Notes: generated by a model not told the origin, from the letters alone. A DNA stretch of 64,000 nt from an uncultured delta proteobacterium (GCA_963816145.1 CAWFJP010000004.1:352001-416000); one strand, 5' to 3'. Shown: positions 39,608 through 49,782, counted from the stretch's first letter. Numbers and translations: made by a program.

Positions 39608-40657
39608 ATGCCACGCTCCCGGGGTAATAAAGCCCTCACCAAAACCCAAGCGCGCAAAAAAGAGCATCTGGAAATTTGTCTCGACACCGAGAATGTCAGC
39701 AGCCATTCCAGCACCGGGCTCGATCGCTATCGTTTCATCCACAACGCTCTGCCCGAACTGGATCTCGACGAGATCGATGTCGGCACGACGTTTCTCGGCA
39801 AGAAGCTCCGGGCGCCGATCTTGATTTCTTCGATGACCGGCGGTTTCGATCTGGCGCGCAAGGTCAATCGCAATCTCGCCGCGGCGGCGCAAGAGTTGGG
39901 CATCGCCATGGGTGTCGGTTCCCAGAGGGTTGCCATCGAAGAGCCGGCCGCCGTCGATTCGTTTCAAGTGCGCGACGTCGCGCCGGACATTCTTTTGCTC
40001 GGCAATCTCGGCGCGGTGCAGCTCAACTTTGGTTACTCCATCGATCAATGCCGGCGCGCCGTCGAGATGATCGGCGCCGATGCTTTGATCCTGCATTTGA
40101 ATGTTTTGCAGGAAGCGCTTCAGCCCGAAGGCAACCGCAATTTCAAGGGATTGACGGAAAAAATCGCCACGGTTTGCCGCGAGCTGAAAGTTCCCGTCGT
40201 CGTCAAGGAAGTCGGCAACGGCATTTCTGTCGAGGTCGCCAAGCGCTTGCATGGCGCCGGTGTCGCCGCCATCGATATCGCCGGCAAAGGTGGCACCGCC
40301 TGGTCCGCCGTCGAAGCGCAGCGCGCAACGCAGCAAGGCAAGCCGTACAGTAGAACATTTACCGACTGGGGGATCCCCACCGAGGAAGCGCTGGTTGGCG
40401 TGCGCGCTGCCTTGCCGCAGATCCAGTTGGTCGCCTCGGGAGGCATTCGCAGCGGACTGGACATCGCCAAGAGCGTCGCCCTGGGGGCTGACCTGGCGGC
40501 TTTCGGCCAGCCGCTGCTTGCGGCAGCTTTGGAGTCGCCCCGGGAGGTGGTAAAATTCATCGATGGGATTATTCATGAGCTCAAGGTCGCCATGCTCTGC
40601 GTGGGCGCGGCAAACCTGCAGTCATTGCGTCAGACTACCTTGGTCCGTTGTGCGTGA
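39608..40657 (+). CDS. fni: Type 2 (FMN-dependent) isopentenyl-diphosphate isomerase
   Basis: RKKEH, SSMTGG, GSQR, HLN.LQE..QPEG, KEVGNG, ASGGIR. Confidence 0.95.
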   Translation: MPRSRGNKALTKTQARKKEHLEICLDTENVSSHSSTGLDRYRFIHNALPELDLDEIDVGTTFLGKKLRAPILISSMTGGFDLARKVNRNLAAAAQELGIAMGVGSQRVAIEEPAAVDSFQVRDVAPDILLLGNLGAVQLNFGYSIDQCRRAVEMIGADALILHLNVLQEALQPEGNRNFKGLTEKIATVCRELKVPVVVKEVGNGISVEVAKRLHGAGVAAIDIAGKGGTAWSAVEAQRATQQGKPYSRTFTDWGIPTEEALVGVRAALPQIQLVASGGIRSGLDIAKSVALGADLAAFGQPLLAAALESPREVVKFIDGIIHELKVAMLCVGAANLQSLRQTTLVRCA

Positions 40658-40716
40658 TGTCTGCGTCGCCGCCTTAGCTAACGTCAATCCCCACCCTCTT
40701 AATTGCGACTACGCCC

Positions 40717-41184
40717 ATGGCTGAAGATCTTAGACAGCAGGTTCTCGACTATCTCAAGAACCACAACACCATGACCCTGGCCACCTGTAGTGGTGAATCG
40801 CCTTGGGCGGCCACGGTTTTCTTTGCAAGCGACGGCTTGAGTCTGTATTTTTTCTCCGCGCCGGAGTCGCGCCATTGCCAAAACCTCGGTGCCAACTCGC
40901 GTGTCGCTGTGACGGTTCAGGAAGACTATAAGGACTGGCGCAAGATCAAAGGCGTTCAACTCGAAGGCCGAGTCGAACTGGTCGATGGGGTAGGGGCAAA
41001 GGCCAAAGCGATGACCGTTTACGCCCTCAAATTCCCAGAAGTCATCAAGCTATTTACCGACCCGACCAATGGGGTGTTTCACAGGGCATTCCTGAAGGTG
41101 AAGTTCTATTGCGTGGTGCCGGAGAAACTGTTCTTTATCGACAACGAGCAAGGGTTTGGCAAGCGCCAGGAGTTGCTCCTTTGA
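40717..41184 (+). CDS. Pyridoxamine 5'-phosphate oxidase-like FMN-binding split-barrel protein
   Basis: TMTLAT, PWAATVFF, SRHCQNL, VAVTV, IKGVQLEG, DN..GFG. Confidence 0.82.
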   Translation: MAEDLRQQVLDYLKNHNTMTLATCSGESPWAATVFFASDGLSLYFFSAPESRHCQNLGANSRVAVTVQEDYKDWRKIKGVQLEGRVELVDGVGAKAKAMTVYALKFPEVIKLFTDPTNGVFHRAFLKVKFYCVVPEKLFFIDNEQGFGKRQELLL

Positions 41185-41232
41185 TCGATAGACTGAACCC
41201 GGCACGTAAGCGTCTAAAGGAATGAAAGCAGC

Positions 41233-41709
41233 ATGTCACAGCTTCTAGGCAAAGAATTACCCGCGGCTTTACAGCAGCGGCTTAGCGGCGGCGAGGTCGA
41301 AGACCATGAGGGCAAGATCATCCCGATCTTTACCATCGACGACGCAGGTTGGGCTCATCCAGCGCTGCTTTCGTACTACGAGATCGTTGCCAAGAACGCG
41401 TTTACTTTGGATATGGCGCTGTGGAAAGACAGCTCGACTTCGAACAACTTGCGCCATACCGGCAAGGTGACGCTGATGATCAGCGACAAGGGCGTCAATT
41501 ATTATCTCAAGGGCAGCGTCCGCGAATTGCATTACGAAATGGCTGGGGCGGCGGCGGTGTCGCGCTTCCGCGTCACCCTGGAGCAGGTTATCGAGGACCA
41601 AGAACCCAATGCTGAGATTACTACCGGGTTAACTTATCGGCGTATGACCAAGCGCGATCCCAACGATTTTGCAGCGAAGGTATTTCGCTTACTGCGCGAG
41701 GAGTCATGA
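41233..41709 (+). CDS. PNPOx-like split-barrel protein (second, different subfamily)
   Basis: TIDDAGWAHPALLS..E, SSTSNNLR..GKVTL, YYLKG. Confidence 0.72.
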   Translation: MSQLLGKELPAALQQRLSGGEVEDHEGKIIPIFTIDDAGWAHPALLSYYEIVAKNAFTLDMALWKDSSTSNNLRHTGKVTLMISDKGVNYYLKGSVRELHYEMAGAAAVSRFRVTLEQVIEDQEPNAEITTGLTYRRMTKRDPNDFAAKVFRLLREES

Positions 41710-43004
41710 AGTATAAGAAATCGACTATCGCCTTGGTTTTACTCTTGGCAGCCGGCGGTGCTGGTTACGCCTACTGGCAAATGGAGGGCGCGCCCAAAGA
41801 GCCGCCCTATTTGACCGCTCCGGTCAACAAAGCCAACATTCGCCAAGTGGTCGCGTCCACTGGCACCTTGCAAGCGGTGACTACGGTCCTGGTCGGCAGC
41901 CAGGTTTCGGGCACCATCGCCAAGCTTAATGTCGACTACAACAGCAAAGTTTCCAAAGGGCAGATCGTCGCCCAACTCGATCAGGCGCGCTTTGCCGCGC
42001 GCGTGGAAGAGACCCGCGCCAATGTGTTGGCCGCCCAAGCCAGCCTGGCGAAGGCGAAAGTCGCGCTAGAGGATGTCGAAAGAACTTTGAAACGGACCAA
42101 AGAACTCAAGCAGCGAGAACTGGTGTCCCAGAGCGAACTGGACGCGGCGCAGACTGCCTATGATTCGGCGCGTGCCCAGGTCAACGTGACTCAATCTCAA
42201 GTCGGCCAAGCTCAGGCGTCGATGAATCAGGCGCAGATCGATCTCGGCTACACGATCATTCGCTCCCCGGTGGATGGCATTGTGATCTCGCGCAGCGTCG
42301 ATGTCGGCCAGACCGTGGCGGCGTCGCTGTCCGCGCCCACACTATTCACCATCGCCAACGATCTGACCAAGATGGAAGTGCACACCAACGTCGACGAAGC
42401 TGATATCGGCAATATTTCCGAAGGCCAGGATGTTAGTTTCACCGTCGATGCCCATGCGCAGCGGCGCTTCCGCGGCAAGGTGCATCAGGTGCGCAACGCG
42501 CCACAAGTGATCCAAAACGTCGTGACCTACGACTCGGTAGTGCGTATCAACAATAAGGATCTCCTGCTCAAGCCCGGCATGACCGCTAACGTGCAGTTTC
42601 TGGTCGCGCAGAAAGAAGACGCCTTGTCGATTCCCAATATCGCCCTGCGATTCCGTCTGCCCGAGGAAAAGAATGAAGCCGAGGTGTTATTGACCAAGGC
42701 ACAGGGACAGACCGCGCCGCGAGTCGGTCAAAGACAAACCCGCCGCGTTGGCAACGCTGGGGGCGGTGGGGCCGAAGCACGCCGAGTGCGGCAAGTGAAA
42801 GTTTATACGCTAAAAGACGGCAAGGCTCAGGCGGTGGACGTAAAAGTCGGCATTACCGACGGCTCGCGGACCGAGATTGTCGCCGGTCTCAATGAAAACG
42901 ATCCGGTGATCATCGGCATGTCGAGCGGTGCCAGCGCGCAAGCCCAGAGCGGTGTGGTCAGTCCATTCCAACCTCAAGTGCCAGGCGGGTTCAGAGGACG
43001 ATGA
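41706..43004 (+). CDS. Efflux membrane-fusion protein (MacA-like)
   Basis: VGSQVSG, IRSPVDG, GQTVAASLSAPTLF, VDEADIG, LKPGMTA. Confidence 0.92.
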   Translation: MKYKKSTIALVLLLAAGGAGYAYWQMEGAPKEPPYLTAPVNKANIRQVVASTGTLQAVTTVLVGSQVSGTIAKLNVDYNSKVSKGQIVAQLDQARFAARVEETRANVLAAQASLAKAKVALEDVERTLKRTKELKQRELVSQSELDAAQTAYDSARAQVNVTQSQVGQAQASMNQAQIDLGYTIIRSPVDGIVISRSVDVGQTVAASLSAPTLFTIANDLTKMEVHTNVDEADIGNISEGQDVSFTVDAHAQRRFRGKVHQVRNAPQVIQNVVTYDSVVRINNKDLLLKPGMTANVQFLVAQKEDALSIPNIALRFRLPEEKNEAEVLLTKAQGQTAPRVGQRQTRRVGNAGGGGAEARRVRQVKVYTLKDGKAQAVDVKVGITDGSRTEIVAGLNENDPVIIGMSSGASAQAQSGVVSPFQPQVPGGFRGR

Positions 43005-43714
43005 GCGAAGTCATTCGCGTCCAAGGTTTGCAAAAGGTCTACCGCATGGGCGATGTCGAAGTGCCCGCCCTGCGCGGCATTAATTTATCCATCGAGCACG
43101 GCGAATTCGTCGCGGTGATGGGCTCCTCAGGTTCGGGCAAATCAACTTTTATGAATATTCTCGGCTGCCTCGACCGTCCCACTATCGGCAATTACTGGCT
43201 GGAGGGTGAAGAAGTCAGCTCGCTCAGCGCCGACGATTGGGCGCATATCCGCAATAAGCGCATCGGCTTTGTTTTCCAAGGCTTCAATCTGCTGTCGCGC
43301 ACCACGGCGCTGGAGAACGTCGAGCTGCCGATGATGTACAACGGTTTTGCCGGTAACGAGCGTCATCGGCGGGCTGTGGAAGTTTTGAATTTGGTTGGTT
43401 TGGGCCAGCGTCAAGATCACACGCCCAATCGGCTTTCGGGCGGCCAGCAGCAGCGGGTCGCCATCGCCCGGGCGCTGGTGAATAAGCCGTCGTTGATTCT
43501 CGCCGACGAACCGACCGGAAACCTCGATTCCGCGACCAGCAACGAGATCATGGGCTTGTTCCAGCACTTGAACAGTGATCAAGGAATCACGATTATTCTA
43601 GTTACGCATGAGCCCGACATCGCCGAGCATGCCAAGCGGCAGATCGTTTTCCGCGATGGCGCGGTGATTTCCGACAAGCCGAATACCCAGGTGTTGGTCA
43701 AACTGGAGTCGTAA
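43001..43714 (+). CDS. ABC transporter ATP-binding protein (MacB/LolD-like)
   Basis: [32 protein letters not shown]. Confidence 0.95.
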   Translation: MSEVIRVQGLQKVYRMGDVEVPALRGINLSIEHGEFVAVMGSSGSGKSTFMNILGCLDRPTIGNYWLEGEEVSSLSADDWAHIRNKRIGFVFQGFNLLSRTTALENVELPMMYNGFAGNERHRRAVEVLNLVGLGQRQDHTPNRLSGGQQQRVAIARALVNKPSLILADEPTGNLDSATSNEIMGLFQHLNSDQGITIILVTHEPDIAEHAKRQIVFRDGAVISDKPNTQVLVKLES

Positions 43715-44932
43715 ATGCGCTGGTTAATGACATTCAGAATCGCTCTGCGCGCCTTGGCGCGCAACAAACTGCGCGCCTTTCTTACCATGTTGGGCATCAT
43801 CATTGGCGTTGGCGCGGTGATCGCAATGGTCGCCATCGGCGAGGGAGCCAAGTCGACGATTCGCTCGCAGATCTCCGCTCTGGGCACCAATGTCTTGATC
43901 GTCTTGCCCGGCAGCAACGTTCAGGGCGGCGTGCGCGCCGGCACCGGCAACGTCAATACCCTGGTCGATTCCGATGCCCGCGCCATGACCCGCGAACTGC
44001 GTTCGGTCGCCTATGCTTCACCGGTGCTGCGCCGACAGGAACAACTCGTCGCCGGCAATCTCAACTGGGGTTCACTGACTCAGGGCGTGGCGCCGGAGTT
44101 CGAGCAGATCCGCGACTGGCAGATCGAGTCCGGGCGCTTTCTTCACGAAGGCGATATGGATTCCGCCGCCAAAGTTGCCGTCATCGGCCAGACGGTGGCG
44201 CGGCAATTATTCGCCAACGACGATCCCATCGATGCCGTTATCCGCATTCGCAATATTCCATTTCGCATCGTCGGCGTTTTAGTCGGCAAGGGTCAGACGG
44301 GCCAGGGCCAGGACCAAGACGACACCGTGATGATCCCCTACACGACCATGCAAAAACGGCTCATGCGCATCACCTTCGTGCAAAGCATCGTGGTGCGCGC
44401 CGTCAGCGCCGAGAAAGTTGCCGAGGCCCAGGAGCAGATCACGTTATTACTGCGCCAGCGCCACCGCATCGCCGAAGGTCGCGACGATGACTTCACGGTG
44501 CGCAATTTGTCGGACATCGCCGAAGCGGCGCAGAGCACGGCGCGGGTGATGGCGGTCCTGCTCGGCAGTGTCGCCGGGATCTCGCTGCTCGTCGGCGGCA
44601 TCGGCATTATGAACATTATGCTCGTGTCGGTCACCGAACGCACCCGCGAGATCGGCATCCGCATGGCCGTCGGCGCCCGCAGTAAGGACATCATGCTGCA
44701 ATTTCTCGTCGAGGCTGTTGTCATGGCCGCCACCGGCGGCATTATCGGCATCCTCTTGGGCATTGGTAGCTCCGAACTCCTAAAAACCTGGGCTCAATGG
44801 CCGACCCTGATCAACCCCGGCATCATCTTCATCGCCTTCGGCTTCTCCGCCGCCGTCGGCATCTTCTTCGGTTTTTATCCCGCTAGAAAAGCGGCGGGTT
44901 TAGATCCAATCGATGCGCTCAGATATGAGTAG
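43715..44932 (+). CDS. ABC transporter permease (MacB-like)
   Basis: LTMLGIIIGV, GGIGIMNIMLVSVTERTREIGIR, PIDALRYE. Confidence 0.95.
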   Translation: MRWLMTFRIALRALARNKLRAFLTMLGIIIGVGAVIAMVAIGEGAKSTIRSQISALGTNVLIVLPGSNVQGGVRAGTGNVNTLVDSDARAMTRELRSVAYASPVLRRQEQLVAGNLNWGSLTQGVAPEFEQIRDWQIESGRFLHEGDMDSAAKVAVIGQTVARQLFANDDPIDAVIRIRNIPFRIVGVLVGKGQTGQGQDQDDTVMIPYTTMQKRLMRITFVQSIVVRAVSAEKVAEAQEQITLLLRQRHRIAEGRDDDFTVRNLSDIAEAAQSTARVMAVLLGSVAGISLLVGGIGIMNIMLVSVTERTREIGIRMAVGARSKDIMLQFLVEAVVMAATGGIIGILLGIGSSELLKTWAQWPTLINPGIIFIAFGFSAAVGIFFGFYPARKAAGLDPIDALRYE

Positions 44933-45401
44933 CGATCACTTTCGGCGCAAAGGGCACTATCGACTTTTCTTCCCGCTGTTTGTTGCCACTACTGTCGCCG
45001 CGTAGAGCGAGAAATCGACGAAATTGGTTTGTGACGGTATCTGTTGCAGGCTGTCAAGCCAGCGGGAACTCATTCAAGCGTTTCACGCGCCGGCTAATCT
45101 CGAAAGGTCGATTGAGTTGAAACAACGGAGCTGTGCTCCTTGAACTGACTAATTCCGGACATTCGCCAGCGTCCCGGCGGTGAGCCTGCTGCGACCGCAG
45201 TATTCATCGTTCGGAAAACTATTCTCGGTCTAACAAATCCTCGATCGTGATGTTTAAGGTTTAGTGAATTGGTGAGTTTGGAGGAAGGCCGGTCAGGTTG
45301 ATCCGCCGAGCGGCAAAAAGACACGGCGGCTCCAAGTTATCCTCGATGCCGCCGCGATTAGATTCAGCTCGCTGAAAGCGTTGTGATTTTGCTTTGCGTC
45401 G

Positions 45402-45863
45402 CTATTGATGATCGTGGTTATCGTTACCCCGATGCTCCCGATCATCTCGATGTGCCGGCACATTCCGATGTTCCGGAACTTCCCGATGTTCGCCATACCG
45501 GTAGTCCCATCGATGTTCCGGGCGATTGTCGGTGTACTCACGCCGGTCGTCGATATAGTAGCGACCGAACACGCGCCTTGGATTCTGCGCGATCTCGTCT
45601 CGGACCGTCGGATGTTTTCGCAGGAAGTCTCTTACTTCGTCGTGTTTATCGAGATATTTGCGGTCGTAAACTAGCCGGGGATTTGCCTGCAAATCTGTGG
45701 AAACGCTAGGATGGTTCCGCATGAAGGCGTGGAATTGAGCCACTTCGTTAGTCATTTGCCGATAGTCAGCCCAGGCCGGGCTCACCAAGCCGAGCAGCGA
45801 TAGCGTCAGCACTAGCGCGCAGGCAGCCAGCGCGGCAAAGTTTTGGTTTTTGATAGTTTTCAT
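45402..45863 (-). CDS. Secreted hypothetical protein with internal and C-terminal repeats
   Basis: Signal peptide (AWA|D), two F..xHP.V...NP units, His/Arg/Asp-rich xEHRxx repeats. Confidence 0.7.
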   Translation of the reverse strand: MKTIKNQNFAALAACALVLTLSLLGLVSPAWADYRQMTNEVAQFHAFMRNHPSVSTDLQANPRLVYDRKYLDKHDEVRDFLRKHPTVRDEIAQNPRRVFGRYYIDDRREYTDNRPEHRWDYRYGEHREVPEHRNVPAHRDDREHRGNDNHDHQ

Positions 45864-46124
45864 ATGAGTTCCCCCTGCACCGTTAGACGCCGCAGATCGA
45901 ATTACGTTTAGCCATCTGAACTAACCGGACGGATTTTATCGAAGTCTAGGAGATTTATCGCTCTCCACCGAGTGCTGCGCTCATCTTAAAGTCAAAATCC
46001 ATCCGAAATGGTTAATTTGGCGCGCTCTGGCAGTCGACAAATTCGACTTCCCCTCGGCCGTGTTTATTGGGGGCTTTAGCTTGAAAATGGACGCTCTGAC
46101 GGCCGATATTTCGCCCGATTTGGC

Positions 46125-46505
46125 TTACTTGGAGACCGCAGTGATTGCGAGTGAATTACCAAAGCCAAAGTGAAGATCACGTGCCGCTAGCGAGAGCAGT
46201 TTCGCGGCTAATCCGCCAAACACGCGGAATATCAGCGCGTCAACCCATGTATAAAACACCACCAACTCCATCGAGATAGGCGCCGCCGCCGGATCAGGGA
46301 TGGATCTGGAGAGAGACAGCGCGGCGCCCAAAACGTTGGGCGTATAAAAAGGTCTGCCGTTATAGAGATCGACAACAAAAAACCTTATGGCGATTGTTGC
46401 CGCGCCAATCATACCGCCGACAACTCCTTCGACGTATACGCCCGAAAATTCTGATGTTTCAGAAACGCCGGTAGGTTTGCTCGTGGTGTGAGATTGAATG
46501 GCCAT
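46125..46505 (-). CDS. Hypothetical membrane protein, possibly 3'-truncated
   Basis: AAGGAG RBS. GVVGGMIGA...D...GRPFYTP..LG hydrophobic segments. Confidence 0.5.
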   Translation of the reverse strand: MAIQSHTTSKPTGVSETSEFSGVYVEGVVGGMIGAATIAIRFFVVDLYNGRPFYTPNVLGAALSLSRSIPDPAAAPISMELVVFYTWVDALIFRVFGGLAAKLLSLAARDLHFGFGNSLAITAVSK

Positions 46506-46713
46506 ACTTGCTCCTTAGTGGCCTGATAATTGGCCCCTGCACAACTCCGCAGCCGCCAATCCTCTACCTCGGAATACGCCAACACCTACTTTGCCGCTGT
46601 CAATATATAAATTTCATCAAATCGGGGTCTGTGCATAACCTGGTGGACTGACCTATCTAACCTGGCCGACTCCCCTTGAAACATGATGGCAATACTTCTA
46701 AAGGAAAACTTGT

Positions 46714-48075
46714 ATGACCCATGTTTTAGTGATCGCGAAAGACGCGGCTATCGCCAATTCGCTGGCGACTCGACTGCCCAACCAGGTGACGGCCGAGGCG
46801 GTGTCTTCACCAGACGAAGCGAAGGAGAGATTCCACTGTCAACACTTCGATTTGGTCATCTATGATGCCGAATCTCTGCCGTCGCATCGGGCAAAAACTT
46901 TACAGCTCTTAGCAAAGCGGGCTCATAAACACCTTGGGGTTAGAGTCATCGTCGTTGCAGACAACCAGCCACTCCACGCACCGGGTTTAGGCATGAAGGA
47001 ATTCGAATGGATCGAACGGCCGCTGGACGAAGCCCATATGTTGGCGATCGTCAGCGCCGGATTACCTGGAATGTCGCAATTGGAAACGTCGAAAGGTGAC
47101 CTATCCACTTTACTTCCGCCGACGGATTTTGAAGGCATCATGGCGATCAGCTTGCCGATGCGTATTGTCTTCCAGCAAGTGATTGAAACAGCGGCTGTGG
47201 ACGGTTCGGTACTCATCACCGGGGAAACCGGCACCGGCAAGGACATGGTGGCGGCGGCGATTCACAAACGCAGCAAGCGGCAGCACCGTCCCTACGTACC
47301 GGTGAACATGGGAGCGATCTCCCACGAGCTTATCGCTAGCGAACTTTTCGGCCATGAGAAAGGCGCGTTCACCGGCGCCGCCGATGCTCACCTGGGAGTC
47401 TTTGAGCAGGCCCAAGGGGGTAGTATTTTTCTCGACGAAATTACCAGTATGGATGAAAAAACCCAGGTCAGCCTGCTGAGAATCTTGGAAACCAAAACCA
47501 TGCGCAGGGTCGGTGGCACCAGGGATATCGATGTGGATGCGCGAGTGATCGCGGCGACCAACGAAAATATCGAGGAAACCGTAAAAGCGCGGCGCTTCCG
47601 GGAGGATCTATATTATCGTCTCGATGTTTTCCGTATCCATCTGCCGCCGTTGCGAGAACGTCCCGGCGACGTGACTTTTCTGACCAATCATTTCATCGCG
47701 CATTATGGCGCGATGTACCACAAGAGCATTCGGCGCGCTCCTGGGGAAATCTACCAGATCCTTAGGGCCTACCCTTGGCCAGGAAACGTCCGTGAGCTCA
47801 AGAACGTCATCCAGCGCGCGGTGGTCATGGCAAGAGGAGCCGAACTCATCCCCGAATTACTTCCGTCCAGAGTCAGAGACGCCAGCGGTTCCGGATCGGG
47901 GCCAACCAAGGCACAGCCACCGATTCATATCGGTATGAGCCTCGAAGATGTCGAGCGGGAGTTTATCACCATGACCCTCGACTCCGTGGTCGGCAACAAA
48001 GCAAAAGCTGCGGCGATTCTCAAGATTAGCCGCCATACCTTATACGACAAGCTAAAAAGATATGGCGTTCTTTAG
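46714..48075 (+). CDS. Sigma54-dependent enhancer-binding protein (atypical REC, AAA+, Fis HTH)
   Basis: GETGTGKD, ELFGHEKGAFTGA, FLDEI, FREDLYYRL, WPGNVREL, GNKAKAA.ILKISR.TLY. Confidence 0.93.
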   Translation: MTHVLVIAKDAAIANSLATRLPNQVTAEAVSSPDEAKERFHCQHFDLVIYDAESLPSHRAKTLQLLAKRAHKHLGVRVIVVADNQPLHAPGLGMKEFEWIERPLDEAHMLAIVSAGLPGMSQLETSKGDLSTLLPPTDFEGIMAISLPMRIVFQQVIETAAVDGSVLITGETGTGKDMVAAAIHKRSKRQHRPYVPVNMGAISHELIASELFGHEKGAFTGAADAHLGVFEQAQGGSIFLDEITSMDEKTQVSLLRILETKTMRRVGGTRDIDVDARVIAATNENIEETVKARRFREDLYYRLDVFRIHLPPLRERPGDVTFLTNHFIAHYGAMYHKSIRRAPGEIYQILRAYPWPGNVRELKNVIQRAVVMARGAELIPELLPSRVRDASGSGSGPTKAQPPIHIGMSLEDVEREFITMTLDSVVGNKAKAAAILKISRHTLYDKLKRYGVL

Positions 48076-48173
48076 AGCGCCGCTCAGTGTGCAATAACGG
48101 AACATCGGCTGCTTGATCCGCCCTGACAATTCCGGCTCTTAAGCGCCACTTGCCAACGAATCTCGGTTTCTCC

Positions 48174-48230
48174 GTGTAAAATTTTCACACCCATAAGCAA
48201 TTTCCAAAGCCCTGTGTGAATGATTCACAC
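48174..48230. promoter_or_regulatory. Tandem palindromic upstream activator sites
   Basis: GTGTAAAATTTTCACAC (48174) and GTGTGAATGATTCACAC (48214), 40 bp apart. Confidence 0.65.
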
Positions 48231-48272
48231 ACCACGCTTTCTGTTCGCCTCCTGCCAATTGGCGACAACCGC

Positions 48273-48285
48273 TAAGTCGTTGTTT
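48273..48285 (-). promoter_or_regulatory. IHF-like site
   Basis: Minus strand AAACAA-CGAC-TTA versus WATCAA-N4-TTR, lying between the UAS and the -24/-12 element. Confidence 0.45.
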
Positions 48286-48303
48286 TCAAACGCTAGACTC
48301 GCC

Positions 48304-48319
48304 TGGCTGAGCAATTGCA
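48304..48319 (+). promoter_or_regulatory. Sigma54 -24/-12 promoter
   Basis: TGGCTG-AGCAA-TTGCA with exact GG-N10-GC spacing. Confidence 0.65.
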
Positions 48320-48491
48320 CTACCCTTTGACGAAAACTCGCGGATCGAATCGCACATTGTATCCAGCCAGGCAAACCCGAGGGCTTGGCTGGCTCGGCTG
48401 GGGGCTGCGTGATGGGATTCGTTCGCGATTGTGAAGCGCCTAAATGAGTCATTGAGTGAACTCCATTCCTGCTGGCAAAGGAGCAAGGCAA

Positions 48492-48842
48492 ATGAATCCT
48501 GCATTCGGTACTCACCTCCGACAAGAACTTTTATCGCGCCGAGATAGGATCGCATCGATCCTCGAGAACCTCGAATTCCGGGAGGTGGAAATGCGCTTCA
48601 GAACGCTAGGGCAAGCGGAGAAACTCGAACTCAACCGATTAGGCATGCTCGATTGCCTCGACGACTGGTACCGTAGAGAACTGATCGAGGTGGATAACGC
48701 TTTGGCGCGTATAGACAAAGGTGATTTTGGCATGTGCTTGGGTTGTGGCTCGCAGATTGATCCCAATTGGATCGTGGCGTTCCCAGAGGGAGAGTTTTGT
48801 CGCAACTGCGAAGACATGAAAAAGTGGATGGAGATTGGCTGA
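48492..48842 (+). CDS. TraR/DksA C4 zinc-finger family protein
   Basis: ALARIDKGDFGMCLGCG..I......P....CRNC. AAGGAG RBS. Confidence 0.82.
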   Translation: MNPAFGTHLRQELLSRRDRIASILENLEFREVEMRFRTLGQAEKLELNRLGMLDCLDDWYRRELIEVDNALARIDKGDFGMCLGCGSQIDPNWIVAFPEGEFCRNCEDMKKWMEIG

Positions 48843-48876
48843 GCCGTCTGGCGTGGCCCGTTACCTGAGGTGATTT

Positions 48877-49356
48877 ATGGAATTGGTGCGTGAAAGTAGG
48901 GCCAATGGCAGTGCCGCGTCGACGACGAGCGGCCAAGTTATCGACGAGATCGCTTCCAATGCAAGAGCGAAACCGAACGAAATCAGGGAAATTGATTCCG
49001 ACCCAACTGGATGGCATATGCACCACCGACTCGATGACTATCAAGCAAATCTTTATCACCAGCCGGAGAAGATGTTGATGTTCGCCATTCTTGTGGACGC
49101 GATTTCTTGCTTTGACAAATTGTCCGATGCGGCGGAAATGGAGCGAAGTAGGAAATGGCTCGAGGCTAAGAATTGGCTCTGGAGTAACCGGCAAGACTGG
49201 CCGTTCTCGTATCGTAACGTTTGCGAGGCCTTAGGTTTCGACCCGGATTATTTGCGCCGCGGGCTGCTCGGCCGGATAAACATGGCCGGACCGGATAGTT
49301 GCGGCGGAGAAAGAAACGGTTTCAGGATTAAGAAAACTTATCATAGCGGCCACTAG
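48877..49356 (+). CDS. Conserved hypothetical protein
   Basis: PEK.LM.AIL.DA...EA..W......WPFS..NVCEALG.DP.YLR.GL pattern. GAGG RBS. Confidence 0.65.
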   Translation: MELVRESRANGSAASTTSGQVIDEIASNARAKPNEIREIDSDPTGWHMHHRLDDYQANLYHQPEKMLMFAILVDAISCFDKLSDAAEMERSRKWLEAKNWLWSNRQDWPFSYRNVCEALGFDPDYLRRGLLGRINMAGPDSCGGERNGFRIKKTYHSGH

Positions 49357-49365
49357 AGGTTTATT

Positions 49366-49770
49366 GTGAAACGCAAAACGCGAAAAATCTTGTTCGTCTG
49401 TTCAAGTGTCGGCGACGCTCTAGAGGCACAGCTGGATTGCGGCGGTTGGCACGCAATCTGGGCGCCCGACGCGAAGACCGCGATCGCCAGAGCGCGCAGG
49501 GAGCGCTTCGATCTCGCAGTGCTCATCTCCACCGGACAAGAAATGGACATCACGGAAACATTTTTCAATCTGCGCGACATCCGCCAGTCACTGCCCATCG
49601 CCGTCGTTCAGACCACCAGCGATCCTAACGATGCCCCGTCAAGTGCGGCGTATCTGCCGACGGATAACAACTTGATCGCAGTACAAGACTTGGATGACTT
49701 GGTGCGCTTGCTGCAACCGCATGACCGTTCAGTTGTAAGCCAGCCATCACGAGATCGTCCGCAACCCTAG
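49366..49770 (+). CDS. Degenerate receiver-like domain protein
   Basis: KILFV...AIARARRERFDLAVL...LPIAVV layout, with the phospho-acceptor Asp missing. Confidence 0.5.
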   Translation: MKRKTRKILFVCSSVGDALEAQLDCGGWHAIWAPDAKTAIARARRERFDLAVLISTGQEMDITETFFNLRDIRQSLPIAVVQTTSDPNDAPSSAAYLPTDNNLIAVQDLDDLVRLLQPHDRSVVSQPSRDRPQP

Positions 49771-49782
49771 GGAGGCGACGCC

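Noticed and set aside
39584-40576. 330-aa minus-strand ORF
   Set aside because: Antisense shadow of fni in GC-rich DNA.
45420-45530. CRISPR or iteron-like CCGATG repeats
   Set aside because: Explained by the EHR peptide repeats of the minus-strand ORF.
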